Part shown: positions 48,150 to 60,600 of the stretch, in pieces | Layout of the letters: each line of letters starts with the position of its first letter | How positions within the stretch are numbered: the first letter of the stretch is position 1 | Source of the DNA: Mobula hypostoma | Lineage: Eukaryota | Direction: 5' to 3' | DNA length: 64,000 nt | NCBI RefSeq assembly: GCF_963921235.1 | Contig: NC_086097.1 | Span: forward strand, 219,978,001 to 220,042,000 | Position numbers and translations under genes: made by a program | The notes under the pieces: model-generated | Told to the model about the DNA's origin: nothing | Databases searched by the model: none | The model's input: the letters and a program-made list of their open reading frames with translations, nothing else

Positions 48150-48650
48150 ACAATGCTGGAGATGTAGAATAAATGCAGAAAATGATGGAAGCACTGAGTA
48201 GGTCAGGCAGCATGTCTGGAGAACAAAAAAGATTTAATTTCTGGTAAAAAACCATCCATCAGAACTAGAAATATTAGAAATCAAGCACATTTTGTTCCAC
48301 AGAACAGGAAGAAGCCTTTGAAATGATGAAGGCCCAGAGAGATTGAGTAACACAAATGGTATTAAAGCTGCCATTGAATAGCATCCTCTCTCAACAAATG
48401 ACAAGTGATTAGCACTCCTTCATCACTCTCTGCAAATGGCACGACCATCTCTTGCGTCATTTGGTTTTACCGGGTCTTTTATTCTGTCACAGATTCCCTT
48501 TAATCTCTCCACACTCCTTCTCTGCAATTTAGAACTCATTTGATCTCTACATTTTTCTAGTTCTGATTAAAACTTATCAACCTGAGATGCTAACTCCACA
48601 AAGGCTGCTGAGTGTTTCCGATATTCCTTGTTTTTTTTTTATTTCCAACA
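48150..48650. mobile_element. Old, highly decayed PLE-type element with inverted ends
   Basis: AGAAAATGATGGAAGCACTGAGTAGGTCAGGCAGCAT...CATCAGAACTAGAAA versus TTTCTAGTTCTGAT...GCTGCTGAGTGTTTCC. Confidence 0.5.
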
Positions 48651-48989
48651 CTTCATTTGTTTGTTCTTGGCACAACTGAGGTTCATATAGCGTATTATGA
48701 AAAATGTAAAATCAACATATAAATGACAACTATCCAAGGTGTCTTTGCTAATTATTTCAGAGTTTTTACCTACATGCATTTAGCATTCAAATACATCTAA
48801 CAAGGAGAACAGGACAATCTGTCTCATACAATAAACATGAGGCATGGATTCATAATTCACCTTTTTCAAACTGATCCATGGAGGGGTAAAATCCTTAAAA
48901 GGATTGCATCCATTCTATGGCACAACACACATTTTTGTTGCTTTAAATAACTTCAGTACCCAAAATATGTGGGAATGTGCTCATCTTAC

Positions 48990-49154
48990 CAGTGTAAATG
49001 CTTGCATTAGATGCTGGGATGCCAAACTGAGATTCAATGAACTTGGGTATGAAGGTAATAAAAGCGGTGACGATGGCACTTTCTGCAGTGTATGACAAGC
49101 TCACAAACAGGAATGTCATGTTGCTCAAGATCCTGACAGCAGCTTTGGGAATGT
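48990..49154 (-). CDS. SLCO5A1: SLCO5A1/OATP5A1 internal coding exon (165 nt, phase 1-1), first exon visible in the window
   Basis: Encodes (D)IPKAAVRILSNMTFLFVSLSYTAESAIVTAFITFIPKFIESQFGIPASNASIYT(G). Acceptor AG at 49156-49155 and donor GTAAG at 48989-48985. The peptide closely matches vertebrate OATP5A1 as recalled. Confidence 0.95.
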
Positions 49155-51289
49155 CTATAAAAATGACAAGAGAAACACTTTCACCATGAATGAAACACAA
49201 TGGAGGGAAGCACTCAGACACTGAGAAGCTTTGCAGATAATGTAAAGAGGTCCATTCGCTCACTGGAAATGGTGGCCATGTGCATTTGTAAAACAAACAG
49301 AAAATGTAAGCAAGGCAAAGTGAGATCTATTCTCAAAACAAATGGAACATTGGTACTTTACCATAGAATTCCACTGAACTCCTTTCCAATTACTACCTTG
49401 TTCAAACCAATTAAACAACAGCCTTTCCACACATGTACCTTCTTGAATAAAACAACTATCAGACGGGCTCAAGAAGATAAAGTGTGGAGGGAACTCAAAC
49501 TCATCAACTAGGCCTATACAGCATGCACATTGAAAGTGTGTTTTCCATTATTGATATAAATTAAGGCAAATCTTAAGTGCTTAGTAAAGCTAAAGGGTGC
49601 CATTGAATCACCAAAATGTTATGACTTGGAAAGGGAGTCCATTTGGCCTAGTGGAACGATGCTTGCTCTTTGATTTACTCTGCTTCCACCTTTGACATAG
49701 CCGGTTAGCTGACGGCATAGCATCTTTTCATTTTTTTTGCAAAGTGTGTCACCAGATATAATTTTATGTGTATTATTGCCATAGCCGTGCAGCAACGTTT
49801 CTAACTGAACAATGTAAGCAAGTTTACTATTCACGGATGACAGTGTGGTTGCTAAGGCAACATTTGAAGCTGGGCATATAGTGAAAATAAATGGAGGGTA
49901 GTTTGAAGCCCAAACATTCAGCATATACCTTTTCATTGATTGTAGTTGAAATAGTCCCAGGAAAGTTATTTGTCATGAGCTGAAAAATGTAACTTCTAGT
50001 GCAAATTAAAAGGCTATCAACTGGACATATCATCCATTAAGTTAAATAGACATTGCTCAATATTAACAATTAACCACAAATGTCATATAGGCCTTTGGAA
50101 CATTGGTGATGATATAAATCAAATTCCTGGCATTTTAGCAGCTTTCTTTGGACCTGGAACTCTTAAATTAATTTTTAAAATGTATACGCTCACCTTCATA
50201 CATAAAAGCCAAAAAAATTCAAATGTAAATTTTATGTATCATGCATATGATATAATGCAGCATTCACGAGCTGTAAGGAATGTCGGGCCTGTTAAGAGAA
50301 CTGGTGCTTGCCCTACAGAGCCCTTCCCTCATATTTTTTAATGTTTTTCAAACAGAGGTAATAAACGAACGGCTCAAAGATGCTTTTGAATCAATCAAAG
50401 ATAAGCAACAGCATTTGACTGGCCAAAACCAGATATAAGCACAGAAGCCCAGTAGGTCCGGCAGAGAGAATAGGAGTTAAATGTTTCAGTTCAATGGCCT
50501 TAGACCTGTTGATCTCTCTTCACTGATGCTGTCTTGCCTGACGTATGTTCCGTTGTTACTTCGGATTTCCAGTTTCTGTAGTGTGTTGTTTTTTGAGCAA
50601 AAAAAAATGCTTTTTTATTATCTCCCCCTCATCCAGACACTGGGAGATCGCGTCTCAGGAATATGGCTAAATTGTCAAATTAACCTAACCCATCCTGCAC
50701 ATTGCCATTTCTACAGCTTCCAGATGGTTATGACTACACACTTCCAACCACTCTCTCCCATCCTTTGGTTATGATGCCTTCTTTTCGATGTTGCAGTTGC
50801 TGATCTCTCTCTGTCCTCCGACATTACTGTTATTAGCTTTTTGTCTTAACTATGCAAATGAACCCGGCTGTCAGGTGGGAAACTGATCTAAAATATAGTG
50901 GTGGGGCCCTGCCATGAAAGGCAGTAAGCTCTCAGCAGTCTCAGCCCATCCAGGTTTTCCTGTTGTCCAAACCCTACTTTCCAACCAGCAATATAACGTT
51001 CCAAAGGCAAATAAGCACCTGTACGATGCAATATCAAAGTCCAAACACAAAATAATCCAATTATTATTTGATTGCAGTAAAGAAGAGTGGGGTTTAATAC
51101 CTCAAAATTAGTACAATCTGTGAAATGTAAATTCCAGATTAAAGAGATAGGGCACTCTATTTCATGTCTTTCCTTGCAATCCAGCAGACCATTCAGCCAC
51201 ACTGACTCTCAGCACACACACATCCGTTCCATTCTTCCATTTATCACCTAGCAGCCAACTCTCTCTCAAGTGCCTACTGACTCTTCACC

Positions 51290-51480
51290 ACTTCTCCCAC
51301 CGTTCACCCGTACCAGAGGCAATTTAAAGTAGCTAATCAACCTTTCAGCATGTCTTCGCGATGTGGAAAGAGGAAATCCACACCATCACAGAAAGATCAT
51401 GCAAACTCCTCACAGACAGCACGGCAGGTCAGAATCAAACCCAGATCACTGAATACAATAGCAACACGAGTAGCTGCATG
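51290..51480 (-). mobile_element. V-SINE-like element, degenerate
   Basis: Reverse V-domain-like ATGCAAACTCCTCACAGACAGC and box-B-like AGAATCAAACCCAG. Confidence 0.6.
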
Positions 51481-52139
51481 GCTGTATTAACCATTTCTTT
51501 TTAATACATCACCTTACAGATACTGTTTATTATTTTCCTAATGTAACAAGGAGTCATACTGGGCAGAGTTCTGCCAAAGGCATGCTCTGAAATAATAACA
51601 GAATGGAAATGTGAAATGACTTGTACCTGTGTCAGATGGATGTCATTCACTTCTCTCACTGTTAGAAGCAAAGATATTTTTGTCTTATATGTTCTTTCAC
51701 AGATGCAGATTCTGCCGACAACGATAGCAATTATTGCGCATCCCTAATCACCATGAGGAGGTGCTAGAATGAACCATTGAACTTTGTCTTGTAAATCTGG
51801 TCCCAATGTCCTATTAGGTGAAGAAAGCATCGAAGGATGATGTGTGACTTGGAATATGTTGGAGGTGAAGCCCTCAAGTAAAAGGGTTGTATGTGGTGAC
51901 ATGTATGTATCCTGATAATAATTTTTACTTTGAACTTCCTTCGAACTTCTCTACTTGTCCCTCAAAGTGATAGAGATTACAGGCTTGGGAGGTACCTTTT
52001 GCAGTCTGCTGCCTTCCATCCTGTACATGACAGATTGCAGAGACTGAACATTAAGGTGGGCAGGTACATGTTTAAAAAAAAGAAAGCCATATTTACCTGG
52101 TAACTTTCAAGAGCACAGTTTAGCCCAAAGCTCCTCATG

Positions 52140-53225
52140 ATCAATGGTACTTTTGAAGGAAATATTGCAGCCAATTTGTACAAAAGAAGATCTTGCAATA
52201 ATTGGATAATCTATTTTTGTGATGTTGATAGACATACTTTTGATTACCTGATCTTCTGAACATTAACATGAGTGCACTCATGCTCATTTAAACACCTCAT
52301 GTGAAAGACAGCGCATAGACCATAAGACACAGGAGCAGAATTAGGCCATTCAGCCCATCGAGTCTGCTTCGCTATTCCCTCATGGATCATCCTGGATCCC
52401 ACTCAACCTCATACACCTGCTTCTTACCATATCCTTTGATGTCCTGACCAATCAGGAAACAATCAACTTCCGCCTTAAATATACACACATACTTGGCCTC
52501 CACTGCAGTCTGTGGCACAGCATTCCAAAAGTCACTATTTTCTGGCTAAAAAATTCCTCCTTACCTCAGTTCTAAAAGGTTGTCCCTCAATTGTGAGGCT
52601 GCGCCCTCTAGTTCTGGATACCCCCACCACAGGAAACATCCTCTCCACATCCACCCTATCTAGTCCTTCAACATCTGATAGGTTTCAATGAGATACCACC
52701 ACGCCCCCACCCCTGGCATTCTTCTAAATTGCAGTGAGTACTGTCAAACGCTCCTCATATGTCAACTCCTTCATTCCCAGAATCATCCTCGTGAACCTCC
52801 TCTGGACTCGCTCCAATGACAACATATCCTTTCTGAGATATGGGGCCCAAAACTGTTGACAATACTCCAAGTGTGGTCTGACTAATTTCTGAAAAGGCTC
52901 AGCATTATCTCCTTGTTTTTATATTCTATTCCCCTTGAAATAAATGCCAACATTCCCCTTCTTTACCACAGACTCAACCTGTAAATTAACCTTCTGGGAG
53001 ACTTGCATGAGGAGGTCCCTCTGCACCTCTGATGTTTGAACTTTCTCCCCATTTAGATAATAGTCCGCACTGTTTTCAAAATGAATTATCAAACACAAAT
53101 GCATCTCTAATACTACACCACTTCTCAGCTGCTAGACTGAAGAGACAGCTGAAAGTTCTGTGCTCTCAGTTCTGAAATGAGTCTTTTACCTTCTGAGGGG
53201 CAAGATTGCTGTCAGCTGATTTACA
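52140..53225 (-). mobile_element. Ancient Deu-domain-like SINE (SacSINE1/AmnSINE type) split by a CR1 insertion
   Basis: GCAGCCAATTTG...ATAATCTATTTTTGTGATGTTGAT...CTCATGTGAAAGACAGC (52165-52313) appears to resume at about 53100 with a tRNA-head-like remnant. Recognised from memory of the consensus. Confidence 0.5.
52315..53075 (-). mobile_element. 5'-truncated CR1 LINE
   Basis: Reverse tail ATAGACCATAAGACACAGGAGCAGAATTAGGCC; YYLNGEKVQTSEVQRDL (ORF 52919-53104). Confidence 0.88.
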
Positions 53226-55449
53226 ACTACCATAGCTGCCAGGACTGCTAAATGGCAATGCCTTTGCTGGTTTACCAAAGAACCTCTATCTATTTCCTTT
53301 ATTGTGATTGAACCATATAGCTCAGACACCGTTTCCCGTTCTAATCCAACTTAGAAATACTGACCAAATTGTGGAACGGTATTAGTATTTGCTGTGAGGT
53401 AGGACACACAGTAGTTGACATATAAGTAAGACAAAACAAGTAAAACATTTCGAAATAAAGTTATTTCTTAAGAACATGTTAAGCGCACATGTTAAAAGGA
53501 AAAGAGTGTTTCAAAAAATACTGGGCTTTGCTAAAAATCTGCAGGGTTGCACAAGGCATCTTAGAGACAATGGCAAAGTAGTTTTGTGGTTTGCGCAGCA
53601 GTCAAACCACAACTCCTTGCAGTGAGGAAAAGCAGTCTATCCATCGCAGTGCACGTCCCTGGCTCACCTCACCCCTGCTTCCTATGATTAGGTGGTGAGG
53701 CCGAACTGGGTCTGAAGCTGAGAGGTGTGTGAATGAAGACCACATGATGGTAATGCTTTTAAAACATCACCAGTCTGCTGGAACAGTCACAGGACAACAG
53801 CATTGTCTCTGTGGGGCAGACCCTCTGTTTGAGCTTCCTCTTCGCATCACACTGAAACAATTGAAGGAACCAAGACAATAGTAAAAATGTTTGCCCTCCT
53901 AAACACTGATGATATTGTTTAGTTGTTCGACAACTTCAGTAGGTATAAATCTAATACATCAAATAACACGTTGCTGCTGTCCTCAAATCACACAAAGAAT
54001 TATTATCCCTAAAGAACCGTTACAGTATATACAACCAAAGATTATTCATAGCATCAGACAGTTAAGTTGTTAAAGAGTTTAGCAAAGTAGACATTATGCT
54101 GATCTAACTAAAGTTTTGATGATGATGAATAGCTTGTTGGACTGTGGCAGGTAATTTATCATTCTGATAATTGGTCCACATACCTCAAACACTGTTTAAT
54201 TAAGGAGGAACCCCTCACAGTTTGTGCTCTGTTGTCCCTTGAAGGACAGCTACAGCAGGCCAGGACACTGTCAGGAGCATGCGGTGAAAGTTGATGTATT
54301 TGTGAGCATCCTGCCAGCAAACTGCAAGGTCCAGCACATCCTGACCACTTACCTCATCGTAACTCATCGTCAGAACAGCGCTGGCATAGAATTAATAAAA
54401 TTAACCAAGAAGAATGACAAGAACTCAAAAAATAAGCACAACTTAAAGATTAAAGATCTTCCAGTTTCTTTCATCTGAATGATTAAATAACTTTTAATCT
54501 TTTAAAAGATCAAAGGCAAGTATGTCCTTCCTTAAATAAGGATGATAAGTCTGCATGCAGTACGAAAGAACAGTTATTATAGGACTCCCCCACTGTTATA
54601 CTCTCTCACTCATCCGACAGAGGCAAACATTCCTTTTTTCTTCCCAATGATTTGTTGCATAATGGTTTCCTGTGTTCCTTGTGTTACAACTTTTGATCTC
54701 CCTGAACAGCATTCATTAGTCTTACACTATTTAAATAATATTCTGCTTTTCTATATCTTTGCATTTTCCACATTAGTTGCCTTTTTTTTTCGCTCACTGA
54801 ACCTGTCTCAATCTCCTTTCAGACATTACAGTCTTGCTCAACTATCAACTCAACTTTGTGTCTTAAACCAAACTGGAGACTTAACTGGCAGAATGATAAA
54901 CGTTGTCAACCTTTTTGGGAAAAGACCATCGATGTTCATCAACTGAGGTCATTGTTTGATCCACAGCTAAAGGTTAAAATACAATCTTATGCACAGGGCC
55001 AAAATGAATCCACAAAATGTCCACTACCAAGCCCAAGACAAGTCACTAAACTATTCACAAATTAGCTTGTTCTGTCAAATTTTTTTACACTTTCTCTTCA
55101 TAGATTCTACTGTATGTTTATGGATTTGTATGCTATAGGATACTTATTGTATGCTTATTATGTGCAGTTTAGCAAGAAAATCTGGTGTTAATATCAAACA
55201 ATGAGTAATCTTGATAAGTCAATTCACGAGTATGTAACTTAACATACTATTTCAGGAAGCATATTGGGAGGCAGGAGGTACTATCAGAACAAAAATATTA
55301 TTAAAAATAACTGATTTCAAAACTGAACTGATGTCTTTTTAAAATCAGATTCAAAAGAGGTAATAATATTGAAAACATGGGAGAGCATCTTCTTTATATG
55401 GGGTCAAATGAACAAGAATCTGGACACCAAATGGAAATATAGGTTAGAC

Positions 55450-55820
55450 ACATAGAATTATAGAGAGATGAAGCAGATCCTTCAGTCCACTGAGTCTGCA
55501 GAAACGATTAAGCACCCATTTACACAAATCCTATATTAATGTAATTTTTCTTTTCTTCCCCACATTCCAATCAAATTAAATCCTGCCCCCCCACCCACTG
55601 CCAACGTCTATCTCTCACCTCCTCACTAGAGGCAGAGGGGCTAGTTAACCTAACAAACTACACAACCATAGGATGTGAGAGGACACAGGAACACTCAGAG
55701 GAAGCCCTGGGGGGGTCATAGGAGGAACATGTAGACTCTCTACAAGAAACACTGAAGGTCAGGATTGATCGCGGGTTTCTGGCACTGTGTGGCAGTGACT
55801 CTTCTAGCTCTGCCATAGTG
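55450..55820 (-). mobile_element. V-SINE/HE1-like SINE with CR1-like tail
   Basis: Reverse tRNA-like head near 55760-55820, V-domain-like GGAGGAACATGTAGACTC, and a CR1-like tail CATAGAATTATAGAG...CCTTCAGTCCA. Confidence 0.6.
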
Positions 55821-57065
55821 CCAGATTTGATGTGGATTCAGGCCTACAAAGGAGGAGAAAATCAGCAACTTATTAATGCAATACAAGGCCGATGGAAATA
55901 CTGGAAGTGGACTCAACAGAAACGTTGCTTGATCCCTCAAATGCACACAAGTAAACATGACCTATTAGTGAGAATGTGCAATCTGGAGAGCTTCAGACAA
56001 CTGAGAAGATGTAGTAATGCGATGCCCAATAAAGCTTCCGTGTCTCGCTGCCAGCTCATCACCACCTTGTGGCTTTGCATTGGGTGCAGAATATTAGTGC
56101 AGCTGCAGACTGGTGGCATTGGGTAAAACAGGTACAAATAGAACTTCAAATTATTCTTGGTTTGAAAAGCATGTTCTCACACAATTGCATTTGTCACCAG
56201 CCAGCACAAAATTTGTCATGAACCTGTACAATTGAGCAGTATTTAGATACATTCTTTTAAAAAATATATGATTTAGCTGTAAACAACAACTTGAGGTATT
56301 TAAGAGGAATAATTGTACCATTTGATTAATCTGTTCAAAGTGTGCTAATCACATAAACTCACTGGGTATCTGTCCAACCACATTTATTTAGTGAACAGAA
56401 TTTTTTTTTAAATATACAGAACCCATAGAGTCATAGAACACTACGGCACAGAAATAGGCCCTTCAGCCCATCTAGTGCATGCCAAACTATTAATCTGACT
56501 AGTCCCATCGAACTGCAACCAGACCATAGCCCTCCATACCCTTCCCATCCATGCACCTATTCACATTTCTCTTGAAATGTGAAATCAAACCCGCAACCAA
56601 CACATATGCTGGCAGCTTGTTCCACACTGTCACTGACCTCCTCATGTTCCCCTTAAACATTTCACCTTTGCCCTTAACCCACGACCTCTTGTTCTAGACT
56701 CAGTGGAAAAAAGCTCGCTTGTATTTACTCGATCTATACCCTTCATAATTTCGTATACCTCTATCAAATCTCTCTTCATTCTCCTACTCTCTGAGGAATA
56801 AAGTCCTAATCTCTTCAACCTTTCCCTATGACTCATGACCTCAAGTTCTGGCAACATCACTGTAAATGTTCTCTGCACTCTTTCAATCTAATTGACATCT
56901 CTCCTGTAAGAACTGTAGATGACAAAACTCTCAATTAGGCCTCACCAACATCTTATACAACTTCAACGTAACATCCTGTACTCAGTACTTTTGATTTATG
57001 AAGGCAAATGTGCCAAAAGCTTTCTTTATGACTCTAGTTACCCGTGACACCACTTTCAAGGAATT

Positions 57066-57448
57066 GTAGGCAGCTGTCATAGGTTTGCACCTCTGGTGGA
57101 TTGTGTCCTCTCCAGGGCGCAAGCCTGGGCAGGAAGATTTGAAGAACCGGCTGCTGCCCATGGAGCGGGCTCCCCCTCTCCACGTCACTGATGTTGTCCA
57201 AGGGAAGGGCAAGCACCAATACAGCTTGGCACCAGTGTCATCGCAGAGGTTGCCAGAATGAAGTTGTAAACAACATCAAACGGCCTTGGGAACCCTGGAT
57301 CCAGATTTCTTCCTCGGAGTTTACTCCTGAAGCCTTTCCCATGCGTGGGTATGGCCACAAAGCAGCGGAGGTTTAAAATCAGAGTTTTCCTTCTCCTAGG
57401 CAGGCTGCCATCCAAGGCTGACAAACCCCACCTGCCCGAATTCAAGGA
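57066..57448 (-). mobile_element. Non-autonomous RTE-type (5' UTR-derived) retroposon with 12-bp TSD
   Basis: TSD TTTCAAGGAATT at 57054-57065 and 57449-57460. Minus strand contains GGCAGCCTGCCTAGGAGAAGGAAAACTCTGA, a motif I recall from RTE 5' UTRs. Confidence 0.72.
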
Positions 57449-57694
57449 TTTCAAGGAATTATGCATCTGTATTCCCAAATGCCGCTGTTCAACCACACTC
57501 CACAGAACCCTGCCGCTAGCCATGCAAATCCTATCCTGATTTGTTATCTGAAAGTGCAATAATTCACACTTGTCTGCATTAAATTCCATCTGCCATTATT
57601 CAGCCCACTTTTCCAGCAGGTCCAGATTCCACTGCAAGCTTTGATAGCCATCTGTGCTGTCTATTCAGCAAATTTGCTGATCCAGTTTACTATA

Positions 57695-59183
57695 CAGGTG
57701 TCCCCCGCTTTTCGAACGTTCACTTTACGAAACCTCACTGTTAAGAAAGACCTACATTAGTTACCTGTTTTCACTAACAGAAGATGTTTTCACTGTTACG
57801 AAAAAAGCAGCGCGCGCCCCAAGCCGAGCTTCTCCCCCGGAACTGCATTCTAGCCGCCATTGCTTAAACACGTGCTTTATCTCGATTTATTTTGTGCACC
57901 CGTTAGCAAGATGAGTTCTAAGGTATCGAAAAAGCCTAAAAGAGCTCGTAAAGGTGTTACACTAGCGTAAAACTAGACATAATTAAGTGTTTCGATCGTG
58001 ATGAACAAAGTAAGGACATTGTCCGCTCGTTGAACTTGCCTGCATCCACCATTCGCACTATTTATATGCAGACAGAAAAAATCTTCAAAGCTGCCGATGT
58101 TACTGTTGGTTCTGCTCGTAGCAAAGTGGTCTCTCTTAGTCGGCATCCAGTAACAGATAAAATGGAAAGTCTATTGCTTGAGTGGATTGATGGGTGTACA
58201 AAATGTGGTGTTCCTTTAAGTTATCTTATACTGAAGGAGAAATCAGTCAGTCTTTTTAATAAGCAGAAGCAGAAAGCACTGGCCAATGGTGATGAAAGTG
58301 TTGCGAAAGTGGAATTTAAAGGTAGTCATGGGTGGTTTGATCAGTTTCTGAGACGAGGGCAGCTTCATAGTTTAACGTTTGCCGGAGAGAGTGCTTCGGT
58401 TGATACTGAAGCTGCCGAAAAGTTCCCAGCAGAACTGAGGAAAATAATTACAGAAGGTGGTTATTCGTATAAGCAAGTGTTTAACTGTGATGAAACTGCA
58501 ATTTATTGGAAAAAATTGCCAAGTAAGACATTTATTTCGAAAGAAGAAAAGCAGGCTAAGGGACACAAGGTATCGAAGGACAGGTTTACCCTACTGCCTA
58601 TTATTAACGCCACTGATGATGCTGTCCTTAAGCCTCTATTAGTGTACCATTCAGAAAATCCAAGGGCACTTAAAGGCGTTGATAAGAAAACACTTCCCGC
58701 CACCCCAACTTCCGACAACTCAGCCTAACACACCATCCCAATTCCCGTAAGTGAAACTACACTGTACATACATTATTTCTACTTTATATAGGTTGTGTAT
58801 CTTTGTGTTATTTAGAATGATTTGTTATTTAGTATGATTTGGCAGCCTCATAGCTTAAAGGTTACTGGAGAGAGTGCTTCTGCCGAGAGTGCATGCGTGA
58901 GATTTTCGCTGAGCCAGACAGTGCTTCAATGATTGCAGAAAAGTATTTCTACTTTATATAGGCTGTGTATTTATCATATCATTCCTGCTTTTACTATATG
59001 TTACTGTTATTTTAGGTTTTATGTGTTATTTGACATGATTTGGTAGGTTATTTTTTGGGTCTGGAAATGCTCAAAAAAATTTTCCCATATTAATAATTGG
59101 TAATTGCTTCTTCACTTTACGACATTTCGGCTTACGAACCATTTCATTGGAACGCTCTACCTTCGGATGGCGGGGGAAACCTG
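57695..59183 (+). mobile_element. Tigger/pogo DNA transposon, internally deleted
   Basis: TIRs CAGGTGTCCCCCGC / GCGGGGGAAACCTG with TA on both sides. The transposase starts at ATG 57911, is frameshifted, and continues in ORF 58030-58728 (CENP-B HTH, FKGSHGWF, QVFNCDETAIYWK, KPLLVYHSENPRALK). It is truncated within the DDE domain. Confidence 0.94.
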
Positions 59184-59880
59184 TATTATCATCTAGATCA
59201 TTGATATTGATGACCAATAACAATGGAACCAGCTCCGATCCCTGTAGCAAACCTCTAGTCACAGGCCTCCAGTCAGTTAGGCAGCCATCAACTTCCAGTC
59301 TCTGGCTTCTCCTGCAAAACCAATGTTTCATCCAATTTATTACCTCATCTTGAATTCCAAGCAATAGAACTTATTTGACCAACCTCCCATGTGGGATCTT
59401 GTCAAATGGCTTGCCAAAAGTCCATGTTGGCAACATTCACTGTTTTGTGTTCATCAGCTTTCCAGCTCACCTCCTCAAAATACTCTGTAAGATTGGTTAG
59501 ACACAAACTACCGTGCACAAAGCCATGCTGACTATCCCTAAATCAGTCCCTGTCTATCCAAATACTCATATATCCGGTCCCTTAGAATACCCTCCAATAA
59601 CTTACCCACTATTGATGTCAGGCCACTGGTCTATAATTTCCTGGCTTATTCTTAGAGCCTTTCTTAACCAGCAGAAGAGCATCAGCTATCCTCCCATCGT
59701 CATACACGGCTAAGGATGTCTTAAATATCTCTGATAGGGTCCTTGCAATTTCTGCACAGGGTCCGATGGAACACCTTGTCAGGCCATAGGGATTTATCCA
59801 CACTAACTTGCCTCAAAATAGCATTAAACTTCCTCCTCTGTAATCCGCATACGGTCTATAATCTCACTGCTACTTATACT

Positions 59881-60600
59881 CCTGAGGAGAGCTAAGGTAC
59901 CGGTGACCCCTGTTTCCATCCAGGGGGTCAGTGTGGACATGGCAGAGGATTACAGATACCTGGGAATACGTATTGACAATAAACTGGACTAGTCAAAGAA
60001 CACTGAGGCTGTCTACAGGAAGGGTCAGAGCCATCTCTATTTCCTGAGGAGACTGAGGTCCTTTAACATCTGCCGGACGATGCTGAGGATGTTCTACGAG
60101 TCTGTGGTGGCCAGTGCTATCATGTTTGCTGTTGTGTGCTGGGGCAGCAGGTTGAGGGTAGCAGACACCAACAGAATCAACAAACTTATTTGTAAGGCCA
60201 GTGATGTTGTGGGGATGGAACTGGACTCTCTCACAGTGGTGTCTGAAAAGAGGATGCTGTCTAAGTTGCATGCCATCTTGGTCAATGTCTCCCATCCACT
60301 ACATAATGTACTGGGTGGGCACAGGAGTACATTCAGCCAGAGACTCATTCCTCCGAGATGCAACACAGAGCGCCATAGGAAGCAATTCCTGCCTGTGGCC
60401 ATCAAACTTTACAACTCCTCCCTTGGAGGGTCAGACACCCTGAGCCAATAGGCTGGTCCTGGACTTATTTCATAATTTACTGGCATAATTTACATATTAC
60501 TATTTAACTATTTATGGTTCTATTACTATTTATTATTTATGGTGCAACTGTAACGAAAACCAATTTCCCCCTGGGATCAATAAAGTATGACTATGACTAC
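59881..60600 (+). mobile_element. 5'-truncated Rex1/Babar LINE, well preserved
   Basis: Reads YRYLGIRIDNKLD*SKNTEAVYRKGQSHLYFLRRLRSFN and continues into ORF 60080-60451. 3' UTR ends GATCAATAAAGTATGACTATGACTAC. Confidence 0.88.

Noticed and set aside
54860..54930. Minus-strand FPKRL peptide resembling the upstream SLCO5A1 exon (FPKKL)
   Set aside because: The surrounding residues do not resemble OATP5A1, the frame closes quickly and no convincing splice sites were seen. The real exon is probably beyond 64000.
58030..58728. 232-aa ORF as a domesticated TIGD/JRK/CENP-B-like gene
   Set aside because: It lies between TIRs with TA flanks, is frameshifted after ATG 57911, is truncated in the DDE domain and is nested in a CR1.
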